Assembly: GCA_963749495.1 (NCBI GenBank)
Contig: CAVVMW010000004.1
Location: forward strand, 544,001-608,000
Reading direction: 5' to 3'
DNA from: an uncultured bacterium
GTDB lineage: Bacteria > Verrucomicrobiota > Verrucomicrobiia > Limisphaerales > UBA8199
Length of the DNA: 64,000 bases
Shown here: piece by piece, positions 57,733 to 63,543 of the stretch
Position numbering within the stretch: position 1 is the first letter of the stretch
Layout: every line of letters begins with the position of its first letter
Position numbers and translations under genes: made by a program
The notes under the pieces: generated by a model
Told to the model about the DNA's origin: nothing
Databases searched by the model: none
Seen by the model: only the letters and a program-made list of their open reading frames with translations

Positions 57733-57834
57733 CGAATGCGGAACTCGGAATGCGGGGTGTGGGGTGCCAAACGAGAACGAAGGTCGCTCGTGCGCGCGCC
57801 CCCATTCCGCACTCTGCATTCCGCACTCCGCACT
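57733..57834. repeat. Heptamer-based inverted repeat (AATGCGG / CCGCACT)
   Basis: 7-mer tandem arms flank ~40 nt between two tRNAs. Confidence 0.7.
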
Positions 57835-57839
57835 GGGAA

Positions 57840-57913
57840 TGGCTGCCTCGCTTGGATTCGCACCAAGACCGTCGGGGTCAAAGCCCGGCATGCTGCTGTT
57901 ACACCACGAGGCA
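57840..57913 (-). tRNA. tRNA-Gln(UUG)
   Basis: ccggg-ct TTG ac-cccga; U1-A72; CCA. Confidence 0.88.
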
Positions 57914-57953
57914 ATGGGTTGGCCTGCCAAGCCGTAGCCCGGAGGGCGAAGGC

Positions 57954-58030
57954 TGGTGGAGCCGGAGGTAGTTGCAACCTCACCAAACCGGATTAAAAGG
58001 CCGGTGCCGGTCTTCTGTGGCTTCGGCTCC
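57954..58030 (-). tRNA. tRNA-Lys(UUU)
   Basis: ccggc-ct TTT aa-tccgg; CCA. Confidence 0.8.
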
Positions 58031-58037
58031 TTGAAAT

Positions 58038-58113
58038 TGGTGCTCGCGGCAGGATTTGCACCTGCACTGGCGACGCTCTCGACGTCGTGTCTCTTCTGTT
58101 GGACTACGCGAGC
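58038..58113 (-). tRNA. tRNA-Leu(GAG), short variable loop
   Basis: cgacg-tc GAG ag-cgtcg; A73, CCA. Confidence 0.82.
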
Positions 58114-58121
58114 ATTGGAAA

Positions 58122-58193
58122 TGGAGCCTCCAGCCGGTGCTGCCCCGGCACGATTTTCTTACAAAGAAGATCCACAGGCTGCTGCCTGGAGGC
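58122..58193 (-). tRNA. tRNA-Thr(UGU), reduced D-arm
   Basis: tcttc-tt TGT aa-gaaaa; perfect acceptor and T stems. Confidence 0.7.
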
Positions 58194-58231
58194 GAAATGG
58201 CCTGCCGAGCCGTAGCGCTCGGCGCGAAGGC

Positions 58232-58303
58232 TGGTCGCAGTCCCCAGTGCTGCCCTGGGCACGGCGGGCGTATGAAACCTGCCTGAGCGCTGGCTCGACT
58301 GCG
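58232..58303 (-). tRNA. tRNA with CAU anticodon (Met or Ile2)
   Basis: caggt-tt CAT ac-gcccg; perfect acceptor stem; CCA. Confidence 0.7.
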
Positions 58304-58331
58304 GTTCTGGCCGACGGCCACGCGATGAAAA

Positions 58332-58406
58332 TGGAGTCCCCACCCGGAATTGCACCGAGCTACCTCCAATACCAATGGAGCGCATCGCTGAAAATGCTTT
58401 GAGGGC
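58332..58406 (-). tRNA. tRNA-Thr(GGU)
   Basis: ctcca-tt GGT at-tggag; CCA. Confidence 0.8.
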
Positions 58407-58414
58407 CATGAAGC

Positions 58415-58529
58415 TGGTCGGCGCGAGACGACTTGCACCCGCCTTCGCTCAAGCTATGGCGGGGCAGGCGTCCAAGGCTGACTGATTCTGAGTCAGATGG
58501 ATCTGCTGTTCCCCGTCAGCCACGCGCCG
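58415..58529 (-). pseudogene. tRNA-Leu(CAG) interrupted in the T-arm by a 31-nt REP-like element (58438-58468)
   Basis: tctga-ct CAG aa-tcagt; removing the insert restores ggacg-TGCAAGT-cgtct. Confidence 0.75.
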
Positions 58530-58535
58530 AGAAAT

Positions 58536-58613
58536 TGGCGTCCCTGACCGGCTTCGCTCCGGTGATCTCCTGCATGAGAGGCAGGCATGTTGTCTGGACT
58601 ACACCACAGGGAC
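58536..58613 (-). tRNA. tRNA-Glu(CUC)
   Basis: cctgc-ct CTC at-gcagg; G73, CCA. Confidence 0.87.
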
Positions 58614-58618
58614 GGAAC

Positions 58619-58699
58619 TGGCGGGAGTGGAGAGTGCTGCCCTCTCTGCTTCTCGCATGTCAAATTCCGACTGGGTCGCGACTGATGAGCTACGCCCCC
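58619..58699 (-). pseudogene. Degenerate tRNA (anticodon arm broken; G73, possibly Asp-derived)
   Basis: Acceptor and T stems plus CCA present; no paired anticodon stem. Confidence 0.55.
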
Positions 58700-58703
58700 G
58701 AAA

Positions 58704-58776
58704 TGGAGCGGGTGAACGGGAATGGCACCTTCGTCTCGGCCTCGGCACAGCCGCATTACTGTTGAACCACCCCCGC
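58704..58776 (-). tRNA. tRNA-Gly(GCC), degenerate T-stem
   Basis: cggct-gt GCC ga-ggccg; GCG start, U73, CCA. Confidence 0.65.
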
Positions 58777-58781
58777 AAAAT

Positions 58782-58857
58782 TGGTGTCCCCAGCCGGACT
58801 TCCACCAGCAACCTGGAGTTTAGGACACTCCCGCTCTGTGCTTTGAGCTATGGGGAC
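58782..58857 (-). tRNA. tRNA-Arg(CCU)
   Basis: ggagt-gt CCT aa-actcc; CCA. Confidence 0.83.
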
Positions 58858-58860
58858 AAA

Positions 58861-58971
58861 AGGTCGAACCCCTGGCCGGTCTCTTCCACCGGCTCACACC
58901 CAGCGCTTTCCAAAGTCTCACAGGAAGTGAAAGGGGCTGGGCCGCTCGAGCTACTTCGCGTTCAGGGGTCC
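58861..58971 (-). ncRNA. tRNA-like RNA with extended anticodon-arm hairpin and no CCA
   Basis: 9-bp terminal stem, D-like arm resembling the Glu(UUC) gene at 63367, cccagc/gctggg enclosing 31 nt, T-like arm. Confidence 0.55.
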
Positions 58972-58975
58972 AAAA

Positions 58976-59044
58976 TGGCCTGCCAAGCCGTAGCCGACAG
59001 GCGAAGGCGGGCCTGCCATGCCGTAGCCGACAGGCGAAGGCGGG
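58976..59044. repeat. Two tandem 33-bp REP-like units at the 3' end of tRNA-Ile(UAU)
   Basis: ggcctgcca.gccgtagccgacaggcgaaggcg x2. Confidence 0.9.
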
Positions 59045-59133
59045 TGCGCGCGTCCGGTAACGCTCCGGAACTCGGCACTCATCTAGTGCGATTCCGCTTA
59101 TAAGGCGGACGGTTCTCTTTGAACTACGCGCGC
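59042..59133 (-). tRNA. tRNA-Ile(UAU) with long variable arm; encoded end ACCC
   Basis: tccgc-ct TAT aa-gcgga; 23-nt variable region with gcact/agtgc stem. Confidence 0.8.
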
Positions 59134-59134
59134 A

Positions 59135-59222
59135 TGGCGGAATGCCGTGGACTTGCACCACTTGCCCGCAGGCACGCACTCGTTAGCACCGAGGCCCGGC
59201 TCGCTCCTCCGGTTGACATTCC
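59135..59222 (-). tRNA. tRNA-Ser(GCU)
   Basis: cctcg-gt GCT aa-cgagt; long V-arm; G73, CCA. Confidence 0.83.
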
Positions 59223-59260
59223 GAAATGGCCGGCCAAGCCGCAGCTCGGAGAGCGAAGGC

Positions 59261-59335
59261 TGGTGCCCGCGGCAGGACTTGCACCTGCACTGTCGAAGGT
59301 TTGAGCTTCGCGCCTCTGCATTGGGCCACGCGGGC
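59261..59335 (-). tRNA. tRNA-Leu(CAA), short variable loop
   Basis: cgaag-ct CAA ac-cttcg; A73, CCA. Confidence 0.87.
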
Positions 59336-59342
59336 GGCAGAT

Positions 59343-59417
59343 TGGTGCTCCCGGTCAGATTTGCACTGACACTGAACGGGGTTTAAGCCCGTTGCCTCTG
59401 CGTTGGGCTACGGGAGC
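59343..59417 (-). tRNA. tRNA-Leu(UAA), short variable loop
   Basis: acggg-ct TAA ac-cccgt; A73, CCA. Confidence 0.87.
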
Positions 59418-59438
59418 TGCTGGCGCAGGGCCACCAAA

Positions 59439-59514
59439 TGGTGCCGCGTGAAGGATTCGCACCTTCAACCTTCCCGTTCTGAGCGGGACGCCTCTGCTGT
59501 TGGGCTAACGCGGC
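59439..59514 (-). tRNA. tRNA-Leu(CAG), short variable loop
   Basis: tcccg-ct CAG aa-cggga; A73, CCA. Confidence 0.87.
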
Positions 59515-59520
59515 GTGAAT

Positions 59521-59566
59521 TGGCACTCCCAGCAGGACTCTCACCTGCATCTCCGACGTTCGAAGC
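59521..59566 (-). pseudogene. 3' half of split tRNA-Arg(UCG)
   Basis: g-ct TCG aa-cgtcg, T-arm, tgggagt-G-CCA. Confidence 0.8.
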
Positions 59567-59668
59567 TTCAGGGCCTTTTAACGCAGTCGGGCCTCTCGGC
59601 CAACCCACAAATTCTGCTGAGGAGGCGAAAAAAAGGATGTTGACAGCTTTGACAGAGCGTGTTAATAC

Positions 59669-59687
59669 TATATCCGCAGTGGATATA
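59669..59687. promoter_or_regulatory. Candidate PadR operator (TATATCC-N5-GGATATA) downstream of TTGACA boxes
   Basis: Inverted repeat 20 bp upstream of the padR start; TTGACA at 59640 and 59649. Confidence 0.6.
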
Positions 59688-59707
59688 TCTGCGAAAGTGA
59701 TAGTGCT

Positions 59708-60093
59708 ATGGCGATGATCGAAACCAACGCAGAAGGGATGCTGCCGCTCACTCCGGCAGTGTTTCATGTGCTGCTGGCCCTGGTCGAGGGCGAGCGGCAC
59801 GGCTATGCCATTATGCAGGAAGTGGCTGAAAGCACCCGGGGCCAGATCCACATGGGGCCCGGCACGCTTTACGGCACAATCAAGCGGCTATTGGCGGCCC
59901 GGTTGATCGAAGAGTCAGACCGGCGCCCCAACCCGAGCTGGATGATGAGCAACGCCGCTACTACCGTCTCACTGGACTTGGCCAGCAAGTGGTAAAGGCA
60001 GAAGCGCATCGCTACGAGCAATTGGCAAAACTTGCCCGCCGGAAAAGGCTACTCGGCCAGACCGCCAGGGTGGGGCATGCGAGGGGACTTTGA
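59708..60093 (+). pseudogene. PadR-family regulator, frameshift near 59933
   Basis: PLTPAVFHVLLAL...HGYAIMQEV...GPGTLYGTIKRL; shifted frame ELDDEQRRYYRLTGLG. Confidence 0.88.
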
Positions 60094-60095
60094 CG

Positions 60096-61064
60096 ATGTC
60101 GCAATCCTGCGAACCAAAACCGGTGGCGTTTTCCGGCGAGATTTATGAGCGCCTGCTGGCACTCTACCCGAGGGAGCATCGCCGGGAATATGGACCCGCG
60201 ATGGCGCAACTCTTCCGCAACCAGTGCCGCGATGCCTGGACTGAAGCACGCGGACGGGCATTGGCGCTCCTCTGGCTGCGCACCTCGATTGATTTGGTAA
60301 AAACCTCGATCCTGGAACACCTCCGGGATCTCAAACAAAGGAAAACCATGTTCAACAAATTGGTTTTGGCGGTTCGCAATACTCCGGGTCTGCGGGCCAC
60401 CTTTTTGGCCTTATTCGTACCGGTGTTCGTGCTGGTACTCGGCTTCTACATCCTGGTGGCGTTTCTGGTGCACGGTGAGTATGCGAGCACCGTTAGAATC
60501 AAAGTTCACAAGGCCGCCAGCTATGTTACACCTCCCAGTTATCAGCGATACGTGGTTGGGAACTACGATCCGTATTTTATCCGCAGCCAGTTTAGACTGA
60601 TCCAGTCGGATTCTGTTCTCGGCCGGGTGGCCAAGAAGCTCGACCTGGCCGAGGCTTGGGGGCCGAGATCTCCTGGTGGGGCGCTCAGCGATGACGACAC
60701 GATTGACCTGCTAAAGGAAAAGCTCGCTTTGCGGCCGGTGCGCAACACGGACCTGATTGAGGTCCGCGTCTACAGCAATAGCGCCAGGGAGGCCTCCAAT
60801 ATTGCGAATGTGCTGGCCGAGACTTATCGCAACCTCAGAAGCGAACAGCGGCAGAGTGCAGTGGAAGTGGAAGCGCCGAGAGCGCGGTTGGTGGAAATAG
60901 TGGACACTGCCGTGCCTGGGTCAAGGCCCGTGCGGCCCAATAAGCTGTTCAACGTGTTCTTCGGACTCTTTGGCGGATCCCTCCTGGGTGTGCTTGTTGG
61001 CGGAGTGGGAGCTTTCGTTGTGCTCCTATACCGGCGGCTATCACCGCCGGCTGCAACGGCCTGA
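60096..61064 (+). CDS. PadR-coupled membrane protein with Wzz/GNVR-like periplasmic domain
   Basis: YERLLALYPREHRREYG N-terminus; two TMs; EIVDTAVP..RPVRPNK. Confidence 0.78.
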   Translation: MSQSCEPKPVAFSGEIYERLLALYPREHRREYGPAMAQLFRNQCRDAWTEARGRALALLWLRTSIDLVKTSILEHLRDLKQRKTMFNKLVLAVRNTPGLRATFLALFVPVFVLVLGFYILVAFLVHGEYASTVRIKVHKAASYVTPPSYQRYVVGNYDPYFIRSQFRLIQSDSVLGRVAKKLDLAEAWGPRSPGGALSDDDTIDLLKEKLALRPVRNTDLIEVRVYSNSAREASNIANVLAETYRNLRSEQRQSAVEVEAPRARLVEIVDTAVPGSRPVRPNKLFNVFFGLFGGSLLGVLVGGVGAFVVLLYRRLSPPAATA

Positions 61065-61239
61065 TCACCCTGAAAACCCAGGGCCGCTGATAGCCAGGGG
61101 GGTAGCTTTCAGCTTGAACTCAGGTCGGTCTGATCGGTTTGTGGAGTTCAGCGGGTTTTATGAGGGAGATCGCGCTCTTTCCATCATCAACCGAGTCTAA
61201 AATCGACTTCCTTCCCCTCGATTACTGAGGCACTCCTCA

Positions 61240-61270
61240 GTCGCGCTCTGATGATTTGAGCTGCGGGAGC
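61240..61270 (-). pseudogene. 5' half of split tRNA-Arg(UCG)
   Basis: gctcccg-ca-gctc...gagc-g-cgac; pairs with the half at 59521. Confidence 0.8.
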
Positions 61271-61278
61271 ATTGAAAT

Positions 61279-61370
61279 TGGTGGGCCGCCACGGATTCGC
61301 ACCTGGTGGCCGTGCGCAAGCACTTCTCGCCGGGTAAGAGCCGGGACTTCACTGCCAAAGTTTGCAGCCC
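61279..61370 (-). tRNA. tRNA-Lys(CUU) with ~17 extra nt in the variable/T region
   Basis: ccgg-ct CTT ac-ccgg; extra gtgcttgcg and ccaccagg; CCA. Confidence 0.65.
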
Positions 61371-61374
61371 AAGC

Positions 61375-61447
61375 GCGACACGAAGGCGGAGTTGAACCGC
61401 CGCAGCCAGGTCTGTGGAGCCTGGCCGGCACCGGGATTTCGCGTCGC
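61375..61447 (-). ncRNA. tRNA-like RNA with 10-bp terminal stem, canonical TTCAACT loop, no CCA
   Basis: gcgacgcgaa/ttcgtgtcgc; ccagg-9nt-cctgg; ggcgg-TTCAACT-ccgcc. Confidence 0.6.
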
Positions 61448-61453
61448 ATGAAA

Positions 61454-61555
61454 TGGAATCCCAAGCGCGCTGAATCTGGCGCCAGGCACGGTGGCCGTGC
61501 GGCAGCACCTTCGACCGTGCCGGGGTCTCTGGCGGCAGGCCAGATTCGCTTGGGA
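61454..61555 (-). ncRNA. Long interrupted hairpin RNA ending in CCA
   Basis: Nested stems tcccaagcg/cgcttggga, aatctggc/gccagatt, ggcacggt/accgtgcc. Confidence 0.55.
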
Positions 61556-61557
61556 AA

Positions 61558-61648
61558 TGGACGGGCATGAGAGTAGCGCGCCCTCTATTCCGGTTTGGAA
61601 GGTCCTTGCGGACGGCCATCAGCGTGTATCTCTCAACACTTATGCCCG
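61558..61648 (-). tRNA. tRNA-Gly(UCC) with 16-nt hairpin insertion 5' of the anticodon loop
   Basis: ctgat-[ggccgtccgcaaggac]-ct TCC aa-accgg; U73, CCA. Confidence 0.62.
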
Positions 61649-61688
61649 ATGAAATGGCCCGCCATGCCGTAGCCCAGCGGGCGAAGGC

Positions 61689-61763
61689 TGGAGTCCCGTG
61701 CGGGAGTCGCACCCGCCTGTGTGGTTTTGCAGACCACTGCCTCGGCTGCTCGGCCAACGGGAC
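61689..61763 (-). tRNA. tRNA-Cys(GCA)
   Basis: gtggt-ct GCA aa-accac; U73, CCA. Confidence 0.9.
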
Positions 61764-61817
61764 ATGCTTCGAGATCGAAGCGCGGGCGGATGGTTGTGTC
61801 GCCCGCCCGCGGGGCGA

Positions 61818-62615
61818 TTAATTCTCGGCAGGCGGATCCGGTGGTGCGTTCGGCTTGCCATTTTTGAACGGCAGGAAGCCGCCGGGCATGCCGAGCACCA
61901 GCGTGTTGCCGGCGTGCTGTGCAGCCGAAAGCGACTGCATCAGACGCAGGTTCATCAGCGCCGGGTTGCCTTCCAACACGCGGGCCGCGTTGGCGAGATT
62001 GCGCAACGAGGCGCTTTCACCCCGGGCGCGTTCGAGTGCGGCCTGGCCTTCCTGCTTTGCCTTCAGCACATCGGCGAACGCACGCTTCAGCTCGGCCGGG
62101 AACATCACATCCTTCACTTCGACAGCGAGAACGTTGATGCCGATCTTCGCGGAGTCCCGCTGCACGCGCGCCAGCAGTTGCGCTCCGAGTTCGAGCCGCT
62201 CATTGAGCAGCGCTTCGACGGCGACTCTGTTTACGACCGCGCGCAATGCGAGCTGGGCGCTGTTGTATAGGTCGCACTGCCAGTTCTGCGTTTCGTGCGC
62301 AGCCTTGGCCGGGTCGGCCATCTGGTAGATGACGAGCAGGCTCATCTTCAGGCCGACGTTGTCAGCAGTGAGGACTTCCTGTCCCGCCACGAGCAGCGCG
62401 CCCTTGCGCAGGTCCTGTGCGCCCAGTGTGAAGTGCCGGCCCCAGCGAATGTGTCGGCCGGCCACGAGGACTTCGACGAACCTGCCCTTGTGATAGAGCA
62501 GGCCGGCGCAGCCTTCCGGCACGAGGAAGGCGTAACGAAATTCCCTCGCGACGGCGGCAACAATGACGCCGCCGAGAATGGCCATGAGGATTACGATGAG
62601 AATGTTGTAGTTCAT
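61818..62615 (-). CDS. SPFH/Band-7 (slipin-family) membrane protein
   Basis: GQEVLTADNV, QLALR, ERARGESASLRNLANAARVLEGNPALMNLR. Confidence 0.92.
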   Translation of the reverse strand: MNYNILIVILMAILGGVIVAAVAREFRYAFLVPEGCAGLLYHKGRFVEVLVAGRHIRWGRHFTLGAQDLRKGALLVAGQEVLTADNVGLKMSLLVIYQMADPAKAAHETQNWQCDLYNSAQLALRAVVNRVAVEALLNERLELGAQLLARVQRDSAKIGINVLAVEVKDVMFPAELKRAFADVLKAKQEGQAALERARGESASLRNLANAARVLEGNPALMNLRLMQSLSAAQHAGNTLVLGMPGGFLPFKNGKPNAPPDPPAEN

Positions 62616-62646
62616 GTCTATTCTCCTTTCTGGTTCCGAATTGAAA

Positions 62647-62883
62647 GCCCGGAGCAGGAGACCACCATCCAGCGGCGGAAGAATCGCGCAGAGGCAATTC
62701 TCGCAAAGCCGCCTTCGAGCTGCGCTCTCGCGCTGGTCTCACTGCTCCGAGCCGTGGCGGGATTCCTCCCGTGTCCAACCAATGGAGTTGGTTTTCAGCC
62801 AACGTGCGGATTCGAACCGCGATGGATCAGCCCATTCGCAGGACCATTCCAGCGAATTGCTGGATGGCTGCTGGCTTGATCCA
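62647..62883 (-). ncRNA. ~237-nt multi-stem structured RNA candidate with canonical T-loop, upstream of the SPFH gene
   Basis: Two long hairpins flank gcgg-TTCGAAT-ccgc and short stems. Confidence 0.6.
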
Positions 62884-62892
62884 AATCGAAAA

Positions 62893-62967
62893 TGGGGTGA
62901 CCAACCGGACTCGCACCGGCACAAACGCCTTCACGGGGCGTGATGCTGCTGTTACATCATGATCACC
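62893..62967 (-). tRNA. tRNA-His(GUG)
   Basis: G-1:C73; acgcc-cc GTG aa-ggcgt; CCA. Confidence 0.88.
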
Positions 62968-62973
62968 ATAAAA

Positions 62974-63205
62974 TGGCCTGCCGAACCGTAGCCAGGCAGG
63001 CGAAGGCTGGCCTGCCGTGCCGTAGCCGACAGGCGAAGGCTGGCCTGCCGTGCCGTAGCCGACAGGCGAAGGCTGGCCTGCCGTGCCGTAGCCGACAGGC
63101 GAAGGCTGGCCTGCCGTGCCGTAGCCGACAGGCGAAGGCTGGCCTGCCGTGCCGTAGCCGACAGGCGAAGGCTGGCCTGCCGTGCCGTAGCCGACAGGCG
63201 AAGGC
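62974..63205. repeat. Seven tandem REP-like units (one 34-bp variant, six identical 33-bp TGGCCTGCCGTGCCGTAGCCGACAGGCGAAGGC) at the CCA of tRNA-Thr(CGU)
   Basis: Counted directly; no spacers. Confidence 0.95.
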
Positions 63206-63281
63206 TGGAGCCCCTGGTCGGACTCGCACCGACGAATACGAGTTTACGAAACTCGCCCTGTTGCTGCTGAGGCACAGGGGC
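63206..63281 (-). tRNA. tRNA-Thr(CGU)
   Basis: cgagt-tt CGT aa-actcg; CCA. Confidence 0.85.
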
Positions 63282-63285
63282 AAAA

Positions 63286-63363
63286 TGGCGTCCGCGGCAG
63301 GAATCGCACCTGCGACCTCCACCTTCGCACAGTGGCGCTCTGATCTAACTGAGCTACGCGGAC
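63286..63363 (-). tRNA. tRNA-Arg(GCG)
   Basis: ccact-gt GCG aa-ggtgg; G73, CCA. Confidence 0.85.
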
Positions 63364-63366
63364 AAA

Positions 63367-63444
63367 TGGCATCCGTGGTCGGACTTGCACCGACTACGCC
63401 CGGCTTGAAGGGCCGGCTGCTCGAGCTGCTTTGCATTCACGGAC
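63367..63444 (-). tRNA. tRNA-Glu(UUC)
   Basis: ccggc-cc TTC aa-gccgg; G73, CCA. Confidence 0.85.
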
Positions 63445-63543
63445 GAAAAGCGTTCGCCGCAAAGGATGAGCACGCAGAGTCGCTGCTCTCCGGCAGGCGT
63501 TAACTCCGCGGGCTCAGTTCCTCCGTGGCGATATGAGGACGCG

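Noticed and set aside
58861..58971. tRNA-Sec to partner the UGA gene
   Set aside because: No UCA centred in a 7-nt loop, no long variable arm and no GCCA end.
57572..59717. ORF-track ORFs across the tRNA array (also 61197-61821 and 62362-63617)
   Set aside because: They overlap tRNAs and repeats, show no protein motifs, and are by-products of high GC.
59567..61239. Self-splicing intron or IS within tRNA-Arg
   Set aside because: No group I/II features, terminal inverted repeats or transposase seen; the cargo is on the opposite strand.
61454..61555. SRP (4.5S) RNA
   Set aside because: On the array strand it lacks the GNRA apical loop and the CAGG/AGCA internal-loop motif.
62974..63205. 33-bp repeats as a CRISPR array
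   Set aside because: Units are head-to-tail with no spacers, no cas genes are present, and single copies sit at other tRNA ends.
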